A stretch of 64,000 nucleotides of DNA from a bacterium. GTDB taxonomy: Bacteria; Acidobacteriota; Blastocatellia; Pyrinomonadales; Pyrinomonadaceae. Position numbers and translations under genes: made by a program. Location: positions 14,793 to 78,792 of the forward strand of contig JBDTYQ010000001.1 of the NCBI GenBank assembly GCA_040005515.1. The letters are read 5' to 3'. The notes beneath the pieces were generated by a model, which saw only the letters and a program-made list of their open reading frames with translations, did no database searches and was not told the origin of the DNA. Of the stretch, positions 29,446 through 40,700 are shown piece after piece (position 1 is the stretch's first letter; each line of letters starts with the position of its first letter).

Positions 29446-30231
29446 ATGAATACAACTCTGATAACCGGGGCATCGAGCGGCATTGGCGAAGCTTTCGCGC
29501 GCCGTCTGGCGGCCCTCGGTCGTAATGTTTTCCTCGTGGCCCGATCAGAGGACAAGCTCGCTTCGCTCTGCAACGAACTCGGCCGCCTCAATCGGATTCG
29601 CGCTCAATACATCGCTCTCGATCTATCCACTCCTGAATCTGGTCAGCGTCTCTTCGAGGAAGCTGAAAAGCGCGGATTGGTTACTGACATGTTGGTTAAT
29701 AACGCCGGGTTCGGGTCGATGGGTAACTTCGCTTTGCTCGATCTGGAGCGTGAGCTCAACATGATCGATCTGAACGTTAAGTCTCTTGTTGAATTAACCC
29801 ACCGGTTCCTGGCACCAATGCGGGAGCGAGAGTCCGGGGCGATTATTAACGTTGCCTCAACCGCAGGTTTTCAGGCGGTTCCTTTCATGGCGACTTACGC
29901 AGCGACTAAGGCGTTCGTGCTTTCGTTTTCGGAGGCACTGTGGGAAGAGAACCGGCCCCATGGAGTTCATGTGATGGCCCTTTGCCCGGGCGTCACAGAG
30001 ACAAATTTTTTCGAAGCGGCACGCGGGCGAAAGCCCCCTGCGCGTGCAGCTCAAACTCCAGAAGAAGTGGTGGAGGCTGCACTCAAGGGACTTAATCGCG
30101 GTAAGAGCGTTGTCGTTTCAGGCTGGTCCAATCTGTTCATGGTGGAAGCGGAGCGTCTGGTCCCTCGCTCCCTCGTTGTCCGGGCAGCCGGTCGAATGAT
30201 GCGGGCAGAATTTGAAGATAAAAAGGAATGA
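29446..30231 (+). CDS. Short-chain dehydrogenase/reductase (classical SDR)
   Basis: TGASSGIG cofactor motif, NNAG, and the catalytic S...YAATK tetrad context. Confidence 0.85.
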   Translation: MNTTLITGASSGIGEAFARRLAALGRNVFLVARSEDKLASLCNELGRLNRIRAQYIALDLSTPESGQRLFEEAEKRGLVTDMLVNNAGFGSMGNFALLDLERELNMIDLNVKSLVELTHRFLAPMRERESGAIINVASTAGFQAVPFMATYAATKAFVLSFSEALWEENRPHGVHVMALCPGVTETNFFEAARGRKPPARAAQTPEEVVEAALKGLNRGKSVVVSGWSNLFMVEAERLVPRSLVVRAAGRMMRAEFEDKKE

Positions 30232-30235
30232 CGCT

Positions 30236-30277
30236 GATTGCCGATTGCCAAGTGCCGACTTTCAATTAACGATTCAC
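30236..30277. repeat. Heptanucleotide array (GATTGCC x2 and degenerate units, ending GATTCAC)
   Basis: GATTGCC GATTGCC AAGTGCC GACTTTC AATTAAC GATTCAC, between the SDR stop codon and the serC start. Confidence 0.7.
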
Positions 30278-30290
30278 GGAGACCGAGAGA

Positions 30291-31376
30291 ATGACCGAAC
30301 GCATCTTCAATTTTAGTGCGGGCCCTGCAGTGCTGCCGGTCCCAGTCCTGGAAGAAGCTCAACGCGATATGCTTAGTCTTCCGGGTGTAGGTATGTCGGT
30401 GATGGAGATCAGTCACCGCTCGAAAACTTTCGCTGAGATTTTCCACAGTGCAGAGTCGGGACTAAGAGAACTGCTGGGCATTCCCGAGAACTATCACGTT
30501 CTTTTCCTTCAAGGCGGCGCCAGTCTTCAGTTCTCAATGATACCGATGAACCTGCTCGCGAGTGACGGAAGCGCCGACTACATCATCACCGGCAGTTGGG
30601 GTAAGAAGGCATTGAAGGAGGCCAAGCGTAGCGGCGCAGCGAGTGTCGCAGCGACGACAGCTGACGGCGGATTCACGCGGGTTCCCGGTCAGGATGAGTT
30701 AAAGCTCGATCCGAATGCTGCCTACGTCCACGTGACCACTAACGAAACCATTGAGGGCGTGGCATGGAAACAGGAGCCGAACGTCGGTGATGTACCCCTT
30801 GTCGCTGACGCCTCATCGGACATCCTTTCGCATCCGATCCCTCTTGAGAAGTATGCACTGATTTATGCGGGAGCCCAGAAGAACATGGGTCCCAGCGGGG
30901 TCACACTTGTGATTCTTCGCGATGACTTGTTGAAGCGTATCCCCGATGGCCTGCACACGATGCTCGACTTCCGCACGCACGTCGAAAACAAATCCCTCTA
31001 CAACACGCCGAACACGTGGGGCATTTACATCATCAGCCTGATCACCAAGTGGCTGCGCGAAAAAGGCGGGCTGCAAGGAATGTACCGCGAGAATGAAGAG
31101 AAGGCGGGCCTGCTCTACGATGCGATCGACGCGACGGAGTTCTACCGCGGACACGCCGATGCTGATTCACGCTCGATCATGAACGTGACCTTTCGGCTCC
31201 CGTCTGAAGAATTGGAAAAGAAATTTGCTGTCGAAGCTACTGCCCAGGGCCTCGATGGTTTGAAAGGACATCGTTCGGTCGGAGGAATTCGCGCGTCGAT
31301 CTACAACGCATTCCCGCGGGAAGGCGTCGCGGCTCTCGTTTCGTTCATGAAAGAGTTTGAGAGTAAGAATGGCTGA
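30291..31376 (+). CDS. serC: Phosphoserine aminotransferase
   Basis: FNFSAGPAVLP N-terminus, HRSK.F, GAQKNMGPSGVT (PLP-Lys context), HRSVGGIRASIYNA. Confidence 0.93.
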   Translation: MTERIFNFSAGPAVLPVPVLEEAQRDMLSLPGVGMSVMEISHRSKTFAEIFHSAESGLRELLGIPENYHVLFLQGGASLQFSMIPMNLLASDGSADYIITGSWGKKALKEAKRSGAASVAATTADGGFTRVPGQDELKLDPNAAYVHVTTNETIEGVAWKQEPNVGDVPLVADASSDILSHPIPLEKYALIYAGAQKNMGPSGVTLVILRDDLLKRIPDGLHTMLDFRTHVENKSLYNTPNTWGIYIISLITKWLREKGGLQGMYRENEEKAGLLYDAIDATEFYRGHADADSRSIMNVTFRLPSEELEKKFAVEATAQGLDGLKGHRSVGGIRASIYNAFPREGVAALVSFMKEFESKNG

Positions 31377-32379
31377 GTTCGACAATGCGAGTGCGCCTGA
31401 ACCCGACTCCTCACCGGACCTTGATTCCCTGAGTTTTCACGTCGACGAAACCGATGCGGACACCCGCCTCGACGCTTATCTCGCGGCGCGAATTGACGGC
31501 TGGAGTCGCGTGCGTCTGCAGCGACTGATAGATGACGGTGACGTGCTCGTTAACCACCGGGCGCAGAAAGCATCACATAGACTCCACGCCAAAGACGAGA
31601 TCGAAGTCGAACTAACCGCCTCTCCCGCGGCGTCATTCCTTCCCGAGAACATCCCGCTTCAGATCGTCTTCGAAGATTCCGACCTGATAGTAGTGAACAA
31701 ACCCGCGGGTCTGGTCGTCCATCCTGCTGCCGGCACTCCTTCCGGCACACTCGCCAACGCGCTCGCTTACCACTTTGAACGCCTTTCGACTCATGCAGGA
31801 GGGATTCGTCCGGGCATCGTTCACCGGCTTGATAAAGACACTTCCGGATTGCTCGTGGTTGCGAAGACGGAAGTAGCGCATGAGAACCTCGCGGATCAAT
31901 TTCGTGCTCGCGAAGTCTTCAAGTCTTACGTCGCTCTGGTCCACGGAGTGTTGGAGCAGGAGAGCGGTCGCGTAGAAGAGCCGCTCGCGCGTGACCCGCG
32001 GAATCGCACACGCATGGCCATCGTTCGCGGTGGTAGAGGCGCAGTCTCACTGTATCGAGTGCGGCGCCGTTACGATCGCTTCACGCTGGTCGATGTTCAG
32101 ATCAAGACTGGCAGGACCCATCAAATTCGAGTGCACCTTTCCTCGTTGAAGCACCCGGTTGTTGGCGACGAGCTTTACGGAAGCGGTCGGGACAACATCG
32201 TCCAGGACTTACAGCTTAAAGTTGGAATCCGCAAGCTTGACCGGCAGTTTCTTCATGCCGAGCAATTAGGTTTCCGTCATCCCACCACAGAACAGATGAT
32301 GCGCTTCAACGCACCATTGCCGTCCGAGTTGGAACAATTGCTTGGTCTGCTGGAAAGTAAACGGTTGGGGAGTGAGTGA
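31369..32379 (+). CDS. rluD: RluA-family 23S rRNA pseudouridine synthase (RluD-like)
   Basis: S4-like N-terminal domain (RLDAYLA...SRVRLQRLIDDGDVLVN), catalytic HRLDKDTSGLLVVAK motif, and TGRTHQIRVH. The ATG at 31369 is preferred and overlaps the serC end by 8 nt. Confidence 0.88.
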   Translation: MAEFDNASAPEPDSSPDLDSLSFHVDETDADTRLDAYLAARIDGWSRVRLQRLIDDGDVLVNHRAQKASHRLHAKDEIEVELTASPAASFLPENIPLQIVFEDSDLIVVNKPAGLVVHPAAGTPSGTLANALAYHFERLSTHAGGIRPGIVHRLDKDTSGLLVVAKTEVAHENLADQFRAREVFKSYVALVHGVLEQESGRVEEPLARDPRNRTRMAIVRGGRGAVSLYRVRRRYDRFTLVDVQIKTGRTHQIRVHLSSLKHPVVGDELYGSGRDNIVQDLQLKVGIRKLDRQFLHAEQLGFRHPTTEQMMRFNAPLPSELEQLLGLLESKRLGSE

Positions 32380-32385
32380 GGCGGT

Positions 32386-35034
32386 TCAGGGAATGGGCTC
32401 GAAGCGCGCGACGAGTTGCTTAAAGCGCTCGTCCGATCTGAGATCGTCGAAGATTGGGTCCACACGAATCAGTACAAGCCCAGGATGCTTGCTCACAAAC
32501 GCTTTATTCAAATACTCAATCGCATGCTCCGAATCTTTGAGTCCGGTATAGACGATTGCCAGGTAGAGGCCCGACACGTAACGGTGTTCTGACAACGTCT
32601 TTAATCTCTCGATGATTTCCTGCGCCTCTTTGCGTTTGCCCGCCTGTGCGTAGACATATCCCAGTGACGCCGCCACTTCCGGATCATTTTCGACGCTGCC
32701 TTCCTGCAGTGGCCCATCCTCAGTCGAGTGTAGCGAGTTGCGCAATTCACTGATGGACTCGTTGTACATTCCCTTCTTCGCGTATGCGAGGCCGAGGTAA
32801 TGATGAGCAACCCAGAAGCCGGGATCGATTTCCAAAGTCTTCTTGTATTGGTTGATCGCTTCGTCGTAGCGATGTTCGAAGTAGGAATAAAGCCCGGCAT
32901 TCGAACTGATGATTGGTGACAGTGGATCCAGCTGCTGGGCTTGTGCGATCTCCTGTCTCGCTTGATCGAACTTTCCCATCTGCACGAGGTATGACGCGTA
33001 CCATTGGTGCGCCGTCGGATATTTAGGGTTCAGCTCCAACGCTTTCTTGAAGTCTGCTTCAGCGCCAAGCCAATCCCAATCGAAGGCAAGCTTCACAAAA
33101 GCTCTGGATGTATAACCCTCAGCGAGCGCGGGATCGATGTCGAGTGCTTTCTGCGCGGCCGCCTTCGCCTGTGGCATCTCCGCAACGGGAGCCACCACAC
33201 CAATATCGGAAAGCAGTGAGTAGGAATCAGCCAGGCCTGAATACGCCAGAGCGTAGTTGGGATCTTTCTCTTCCGCTGCTTGAAAGTACTTGATACCGTT
33301 TCTAAGGCCGTTCTCGCCTCGCTTATTCCAAAAGTACCGGCCCTTCAAATAGAGTTCGTAGGCTTCGGTGTCCTGCGTGTATCGCTTGCCGAGTTTCTCG
33401 GCGTCTTCCCCTGTGAGTCTGAATCGCAACTTTTCCGAGATCGTTCGAGAAATTTCATCCTGCACGGAAAAAATGTCGGCGCGACTGTTGTTGTACTCCG
33501 CGCCCCAGAGCTGCGTGCCGTCTGAGACATCAATCAGCTCTGTCTTGATTACAAAGCGATCGCCTAACTTCACAAGCCGGCCCATCAGCACGGCACCAAC
33601 GCGAAGATTTCGTCCGACCTCCTGGGGCTCCGGGTTTGTGCCTTTAAACCGGAAGACCGCGTTGCGTGACATCACCTTCAGTCCGGGTAATCGCGAGAGA
33701 CTATTAATAATGCTTTCCGTGATTCCGTCCGAGAGATACTCGGCATTGGGATCGCCGCTATCATTCGCGAAGGGAAGAATCGCAACAGAGTTAATCCTTG
33801 GCTTCGTATATCGCGAGTAGAGCAAGGCAGCAAGCGCTGCGAGTATTACCGCCGCCGCAATCGCAATGGCGATCTTTGTTCCACGATTCCTGGTTCGAGG
33901 TAGTGCTGCTGCTTCTGTCGCCGGCGGAGTTCCATCAATGGTGGTTTCGGCATTTGAGGAGTTCTGAGACGCCGGATTGGTGGAACCTCCAGCAGTCTCA
34001 GTCACACGTGTAGCGCGGCTCAACTGCGTGTCTTCGCGAAGTTCGGTTCCGGTGACAGTGAGTTCTTCTCTTAGTTGTTCAAGATCAATCTTCAGGTCAG
34101 TGATCGTCTGGTATCGCTTGCCTCGATCTTTCGCGAGCGCTTTAGAAACAATCCGCTCAAGCTGTCGCGGCGCTTGCGGCGATTGGTGCGATAGAGGTTT
34201 TGGCTCGTGATCGATGATCGAGACTTTTACGTGGCTGTCCGTCGGCCCTGTGAAGGGCGCGTGTCCTGCCACCATTTCGTAGAGCACCACACCTAAACTA
34301 AAAATATCAGAGCGGGTGTCGATCGTTTCGCCCTGCGCCTGTTCGGGAGACATGTATCCAGTGGTGCCGAGTACCGCACCGGGATTTGTATGGCTGATCG
34401 CCATCGTTACTGCTTCCGGATCGCCGGAAGGTGTCTCTCGTTCAGTTAGTTTGGCCAGGCCAAAGTCCAAAACCTTGACGAATCGATCGCGTACGAAACG
34501 GTCCGGCCGCAGCATGATGTTTTCAGGCTTCACGTCTCGATGGACGATGCCGGCTGCGTGCGCAGCCTCGAGTGCCATGGCTACTTGAATCGCTATACCA
34601 AGCGCCTCGTCAACCTTCAGACGATTTCGCCAGAGACAATGGCGCAGGGTTTCGCCTTCGATAAATTCGGTGGCGATGTAATGCGTTGACTCAGTTTCAC
34701 CAATTTCATAAATCGTCAGGATGTTGGGATGGTTGAGCGCAAGGATCGCCCGGGCCTCTTGTTTAAATCGGCGTACGCGACTTTCGTCGTTTGTCAGCCG
34801 AGGCGGAAGTACTTTGAGCGCGACTTTCCGCCCATGCTGCTTGGTGTCCTCACCGAGGAAGACCTCGCCCATGCCGCCTTTGCCAATCTTCCTGATGATT
34901 CGATAGTGAGCGATGTATTCCGGAGTCTCTGAAACGGATTCGGTGGATGGGCTATCGTTTGGTTCGGGCATTGGAAGGTAGTTATTTTGCCGGCGTTGCA
35001 CGACGTTAGCGCCGGCTCTCCGAAACGCGGGCAT
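32386..35034 (-). CDS. Ser/Thr protein kinase with TM segment, TolB-N-like periplasmic module and TPR repeats
   Basis: Hanks kinase motifs GKGGMGEVF, VALKVL, HRDVKPEN, DFGLA and SPEQ. TM helix IAIAIAAAVILAALAALL. Then SVAILPFANDSGD module and multiple TPR-like repeats to the C-terminus. Confidence 0.85.
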   Translation of the reverse strand: MPAFRRAGANVVQRRQNNYLPMPEPNDSPSTESVSETPEYIAHYRIIRKIGKGGMGEVFLGEDTKQHGRKVALKVLPPRLTNDESRVRRFKQEARAILALNHPNILTIYEIGETESTHYIATEFIEGETLRHCLWRNRLKVDEALGIAIQVAMALEAAHAAGIVHRDVKPENIMLRPDRFVRDRFVKVLDFGLAKLTERETPSGDPEAVTMAISHTNPGAVLGTTGYMSPEQAQGETIDTRSDIFSLGVVLYEMVAGHAPFTGPTDSHVKVSIIDHEPKPLSHQSPQAPRQLERIVSKALAKDRGKRYQTITDLKIDLEQLREELTVTGTELREDTQLSRATRVTETAGGSTNPASQNSSNAETTIDGTPPATEAAALPRTRNRGTKIAIAIAAAVILAALAALLYSRYTKPRINSVAILPFANDSGDPNAEYLSDGITESIINSLSRLPGLKVMSRNAVFRFKGTNPEPQEVGRNLRVGAVLMGRLVKLGDRFVIKTELIDVSDGTQLWGAEYNNSRADIFSVQDEISRTISEKLRFRLTGEDAEKLGKRYTQDTEAYELYLKGRYFWNKRGENGLRNGIKYFQAAEEKDPNYALAYSGLADSYSLLSDIGVVAPVAEMPQAKAAAQKALDIDPALAEGYTSRAFVKLAFDWDWLGAEADFKKALELNPKYPTAHQWYASYLVQMGKFDQARQEIAQAQQLDPLSPIISSNAGLYSYFEHRYDEAINQYKKTLEIDPGFWVAHHYLGLAYAKKGMYNESISELRNSLHSTEDGPLQEGSVENDPEVAASLGYVYAQAGKRKEAQEIIERLKTLSEHRYVSGLYLAIVYTGLKDSEHAIEYLNKAFVSKHPGLVLIRVDPIFDDLRSDERFKQLVARFEPIP

Positions 35035-35258
35035 TGTATCATCGCGCTATCGTTCAAACTACAGGCCTGTCAAATGAACGATTGACTGGATCGCGGTGCG
35101 GTAACTTGGTTTGTTAGTTGTGTCTGTGCTCTTATGTTGCGTAACGTTGACCGCATCATGCCGGTGTAAGAGGGCAACTGGACGCAGTCGCCTTGGCATC
35201 GAATCCCAGTCTCCAGCAGGCCAATAGGAATAATTACAGTCAGCAATCTTACTCAATT

Positions 35259-36278
35259 ATGATCCCTGTCATTACTCGATTCCTGTGCAGAGCGGTGTTT
35301 GTGTTTGGAGTGCTAGCCGCCGGCATGGGATCCGTTCAAGCGCAAGCCCCGCCCAAACCGGGCCCCACTCCGCCTCCAAACATCGCCGATCAGGATGTCC
35401 AGTCGGAAAAGATTTTTATTCGACGCGTGCGATTGCCAATCACGGTCGTCGACAAGCAAGGACAATTTGTTCCGGGCCTCACTCAGAATGATTTTCTCGT
35501 ATTTGAAGACAAGGTCCCGCAGCAGATCGAAACTTTCTCGGATGACCTGGGCAAAGCCCTGCCACTCTATGTTGCCGTACTGATGGACACCTCGCCTTCG
35601 ACTGCCGGCAAATTAAAGTTCGAGCAAGAGTCGGCAATGAATTTCATCCAGACTGTGGTGCGCCCGCGAAGGGATCGCGTGCTCTTTGCGACCTTTGATC
35701 ATGAGATCGCTTTGAAGCAGGATTTTACTGACAAGCTCGACTTGCTTGATCGAGCCGTCTTTGGAGTAAAGAAGCTCGGCTCTCAAACAGCGTTATACGA
35801 TGCGGTCTGGCAGTTTTGCGACGAGAAGCTGAGATCGGTTCCGGGCCGGCGCGTTCTCGTCGTGATTACTGACGGTGAGGATACTTACAGTCGTGCAGAT
35901 CTTAAAGATGCGATTGACATCGCCCAGCGCACGGAGACCACTGTCTATACGATCTCCACGAAGGCCGGCCTCTCAGGCACAGTGCCGGGAGTAAAACTCG
36001 GCGAAGTGAAGGATAAGTTTGACAACAACATGGTGAAGCTCGCGGAGGAGACAGGTGGGATAGCGTTCTTCACCGGCGATATGCTTTCACTCGAACGCTC
36101 TTTCACAAAGATCAACAAGGAACTTCGCGCGCAATACCTGGTGACCTACAAACCGGGTAACGATCGTTACGATGGAAATTTCAGGCGCATTGAAGTGCGA
36201 CTTTCCACCGAACAAAAGAATCTAAAGGTACGAACAAAACTTGGCTATAAGGCTATTGCAGATGCGGTCAGGCCCTGA
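35259..36278 (+). CDS. Secreted VWA-domain protein (acidobacterial VWFA-related type)
   Basis: Signal peptide. MIDAS motif LMDTSPST, VITDGEDT, and C-terminal YLVTYKP...FRRIEVRL...GYKA tail shared with the two paralogues. The ATG at 35259 is preferred. Confidence 0.8.
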   Translation: MIPVITRFLCRAVFVFGVLAAGMGSVQAQAPPKPGPTPPPNIADQDVQSEKIFIRRVRLPITVVDKQGQFVPGLTQNDFLVFEDKVPQQIETFSDDLGKALPLYVAVLMDTSPSTAGKLKFEQESAMNFIQTVVRPRRDRVLFATFDHEIALKQDFTDKLDLLDRAVFGVKKLGSQTALYDAVWQFCDEKLRSVPGRRVLVVITDGEDTYSRADLKDAIDIAQRTETTVYTISTKAGLSGTVPGVKLGEVKDKFDNNMVKLAEETGGIAFFTGDMLSLERSFTKINKELRAQYLVTYKPGNDRYDGNFRRIEVRLSTEQKNLKVRTKLGYKAIADAVRP

Positions 36279-36287
36279 GGTAAGCAA

Positions 36288-37445
36288 TTGAATTCTCGGA
36301 TTTTCACACTAGCGTTTGCCCTCGTCCTGTTTATTAGCCTGAGCTTTGGCGGGAAAGTCTCCGCGCGATTCGGTCAGGAGAAGTCCCATTCAGGAAATGC
36401 CCAGGATAATGAACGGTCGCATCGCAGCGGTGAACAGCCGCAGAAGCCAAGTGCTTCGCCCAGTCCTTCTCCGACTCCGAGAGAAGTTGTGCCGCAGGAT
36501 TCAGATGAAGTAGTGCGTGTTGACACGACACTCACAAATATTTTCTTTACCGCTGCGGATAAGAACAAGCGGTTCGTCGGCACACTGAAGCAAGACGACA
36601 TTCGCATTTTGGAAGATGGGCAGGTCCAGGAGATCTTTACCTTTCAACAGAACATCGATCTGCCACTCTCAACCGCCATTCTGATCGACACCAGTGCCTC
36701 GGAAGAAAGGACCCTGCCAGACGAGAAGGCTGCCGCGCGTTCGTTCCTTGAGGCTGTGATACGTCCCGGAAGAGACGAGGCCTCGATTGTTTCGTTCACC
36801 GGTGACGTCACCTTGGAGCAGGGATTCACGGGTAGCCTGGAGCGTTTGCGTCGAGCGATAGATGGCGTTGAATTCGTACCGCCTTCCGGTTACATCGGTG
36901 GAGGTGTTGTCGTCGGGGGAACGCCTCCGATCTCGGGATCGAATCAAGCCATGGCTGGTTCTACGGCGATTTGGGATGCTGTGTGGGCCACCTCGAATGA
37001 GTTACTCTCAGAAGCAGCGGATAATTCTCGCCGCGCAATTATTCTGCTTACCGATGGTGAGGACACGATTAGCCAGGTCAAGATGCATGATGCGGTTGAA
37101 CGCGCCCAGAAGGCGGATGCGCTCATTTACTCAATTGGAATCGGTGACAGTTATAACTTTGGGGTTAATGAAGGCGCTCTTCGCAAGATCGCTGAGCAGA
37201 CCGGAGGGCGTGCTTACTTTCCTCACAACGAGCGAGAACTGCGCGAAGCATTTGCACAGATCCAGCGAGACTTGCGCGAGCAGTACCTGATCGCCTACTC
37301 ACCTTCGAACAAAACTCGCGATGGGTCGTACCGGCGGATTCAAATCGAAATCACCAACCCTGAGGCGCGCAAGGCTCTTAAGCTTAACTATCGAGCAGGG
37401 TACTTTGCCAAAGGTGGAGGCCCCGCCTCGCCGAGCCGGAAATAG
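36288..37445 (+). CDS. Secreted VWA-domain protein (paralogue of 35259-36278)
   Basis: TTG start and a signal peptide. MIDAS LIDTSASE, LLTDGEDT, and tail YLIAYSP...YRRIQIEI...YRAGYFA. Confidence 0.8.
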   Translation: MNSRIFTLAFALVLFISLSFGGKVSARFGQEKSHSGNAQDNERSHRSGEQPQKPSASPSPSPTPREVVPQDSDEVVRVDTTLTNIFFTAADKNKRFVGTLKQDDIRILEDGQVQEIFTFQQNIDLPLSTAILIDTSASEERTLPDEKAAARSFLEAVIRPGRDEASIVSFTGDVTLEQGFTGSLERLRRAIDGVEFVPPSGYIGGGVVVGGTPPISGSNQAMAGSTAIWDAVWATSNELLSEAADNSRRAIILLTDGEDTISQVKMHDAVERAQKADALIYSIGIGDSYNFGVNEGALRKIAEQTGGRAYFPHNERELREAFAQIQRDLREQYLIAYSPSNKTRDGSYRRIQIEITNPEARKALKLNYRAGYFAKGGGPASPSRK

Positions 37446-37705
37446 AACCCCAAGTCGCTCGCGGTCATTTTGCGCGAAAACCCTCACGTCTAGTGCAAAT
37501 TCCTTAGTACAATCTGAGTGACAACCCTTGGCCATCGCTGTTATACTACTGTTGCCGAGGTGATTACGGCTCACTTCCTACTCTACTAACCTTAGATTCA
37601 AAGCGTCACAGTTAGGGAAGCCAAAGGCGACCTATCCGTATTTACGGCAGAGTCCCTCCACATCTTCCTTTTTTAATCCCTGGCGCTCGCAATAACCCCA
37701 AAGGC

Positions 37706-40700
37706 ATGACGAAACACTCTGCAGAGCCCCGTCGCGTACTGATCGTTGATGACGACGAGAAGGTGCTTGCCCTGCTGGTAGAACTCCTGGAACTGGAGGG
37801 CTACGAAGTATTCTCGGCGACAAACGGCGCAACCGCCGCAGAACTCGCCTTAACGCGCGACCCAGACGTCGTGGTCAGCGACGTGGTGATGCCTGTGCTC
37901 GACGGCATCCAGCTTTGCCGTAAACTGAAGAAGGATTTGCGAACTGCCAATATCCCCGTACTTCTTGTCAGCGGCACGCGTTGCTCCTCCGATGATGGCA
38001 TGGAAGGACTGACCGCCGGAGCAGATGATTACCTCGACCTTCCTTTTCGCAATGAAGAGCTGCTCGTGAAGGTTGCGAGACTGACCGAGCGCCACCGGAT
38101 CGAAAAACACTACCGCGAAATTGTCGAACAAGCCGCGGACATCATCTACACGCGTACGATGAGTGGTCATATCACCAGTATCAACGCGGCCGGCGCCCGC
38201 TTTTTTGGAAAACCCGCTGTCGAGTTGGTCGGTTCCCACCTCAGTGAATTAATCGGCGCTGAAGCTGCAAAGCGAGACATTAAAGAGACTCATGACCTCC
38301 GTTCAGACAAGCCCCGCCGTTCGCTGCATTGTTTGAAAGATGCTCTGGGTGTAGCGCATTACCTGGAAGACGCCGTCAGTGTCGAGCGCAATCATCGTGG
38401 ACAGGCGACCGCCGTGCGTGGCGTCGCTCGCGATGTCACTGAACAGAAGCTTGCCGAGCAGGCACTGAAAGACAGCGAGGAACGGTATCGCCAGCTAGTG
38501 GAGCTTTCACCCGAAGCGATCGCTGTGCATATCGACGGCAAGATTAGGTATCTGAATCAAGCTGCTCAGAATCTTTGGGCGGCGGCGACTCGTGACGAAC
38601 TGATCGGCAAAGCAATGCTCGACCTGGTTCATCCGGATTACCAGGAAGCAGTGAATGAGCGAATTCGCCATATTGAAAATGGAACTCCAACGCCGCTGCA
38701 CTCCTGCAAGCACATACGCCTCGATGGCGAGGTCATCGATGTGGAAGTGACGTACATTCCCTTCACCTCACAAGGCCAGCGCGCAGTCCAGGTAGTGATT
38801 CGTGATGTAACAGAGCGAAAGCGTTCGAGAGAAGTGCTCAGGGAAACCGAAACTCGATTACGAACCATAATCGACAACGCCCCGGTAGTGCTGTTTGCGA
38901 TCGACCGAGATGGGATCTTTACTCTCCTGGAGGGCGAAGGGTTGAAAGCGCTCGGTCTAAAACCGGGCGCACTCGTAGGTCAATCGGTTTACAAAGTCTA
39001 TCAGGACAATCCAAAGATTCTGGAGAGCGTAAAGCGCTCACTCTTAGGCGAATCCTTTTCAGTCGCGGTGTCAGTTGGAGATCTGGCTTATGAGACTCGT
39101 TATACGCCGCTCACGAATGACAAGGGAGAAATCACCGGTGTCACCTGCGTCGCCACCGATGTAACCGAGAGTCTCAAATCCCAAAAGGCTTCGAGGGGAA
39201 ATGAGGCGCGATATCGCGAACTGTTCGAGAATGCCAACGACATCATCTATACCCACGATTTGACGGGCAACTTCACCTCGCTGAATCGAAGTGGCGAGAG
39301 AATTGTCGGCTATAGCTGGGAAGAAGCCGCCCAGATGAATATTGCCGACGTGATTGCTCCGGAGTATCTCAAGATGGCGCTTGAGATGATGAATCGTAAG
39401 GCAATTGGAAACGCCCCGACAGTGTACGAGCTCGAATTGATTACAAAGAGCGGTCGCAGGGTCAGGTTGGAAGTGAGTAGTCGGGTTATTTACGCTGAAG
39501 GCGAACCTGTGGGCGTACAAGGCGTGGCCAGAGACCTTACGGAACATAAACGTTCTCAGGAAGCGTTGCGCGAAAGTCAGACCTTCTTCCACAGCTTCAT
39601 GGACAACAGTCCGGCGATTGCTTTCATGAAAGATGCGGACGGGCGCTACGTCTACGTCAATAAGCCTTTCGAGGGACTGTTTGGACCAAAGCTCGACTTC
39701 CTCCGTGGAAAGACCAGTTTCGATTGGCTGCCCCCAGCAACGGCTCTACAGACCCATGAACACGATCTATCCGTCCTGGTGACAGGAAACTCTCAGGAGA
39801 TTGTGGAGATGGTGCCGACGCAGGATGGGTCTCCACATCACTGGTTGGTGATGAAGTTTCCGATTATCGATCCCTCGGGCAAGAAGTTTGTGGGCGGGGT
39901 CGGCGTGGATATCACCGAGCGCCGGAGGGCTGAAGAAGCGCTCGGACAACAGGCCATACGCGAAGCGATAATTCACCGCATTTCCCAGGTAGTCCGCTGC
40001 TCTTTCGACAGCAATGAAATCTTCCAGTCGGCAGTGCGCGAACTTGGTTCGCATCTTGAAGTCGATCGCTGTTCGCTGTTCATGAAAGACGAGCGATCAA
40101 AGCACGCTACGAATGTGGCCGAGTACCATGTCGCAGGTATTGAACCCGCTGGTGCGGACTATGACCTCGAACACGTGCGAGGGCTTGCAGAAGCGTTGGA
40201 TCAGAACGGACTCTTAGTTTCCAATGACGCCGCAAACGATCCGCGTATCGCCATGCTTTACGACGACATCCTGAAAAAGGCGGACGTGCGCTCGATCATG
40301 TACGTCGCGATTAGAGTCGGCGACACCGTGCCTGCGGCGTTCGCGCTTTCGACAACTCGCGTCATGCGGCAGTGGAGCGAGTCCGATATCGCTCTGGCGA
40401 AAGCTGTAGCTGATCAAACTGGCATTGCGATTCGACAGTCCCAGCTCTACCGGAAGGCCGAGGCCACCTCAGTTCGCGAGTCTCTTGTAAACCGGCTGAC
40501 GATGGCGATCCGCGCGTCTCTCAGCCTCCCAGAGGTTTTGAGCACGGCTACTCGAGAGTTAGGTCAGGCGCTCTCCGCCTCGCGAGTCCACCTGCATCTC
40601 TACAACTCTGAGAATCCAATCTCTCCCGTGGAACATGAGTTTGTGGCGCCAGGTTGTAGCAGCGTTAGTCTGCTTGACGTCAGTTACGACGATCCGCTTG

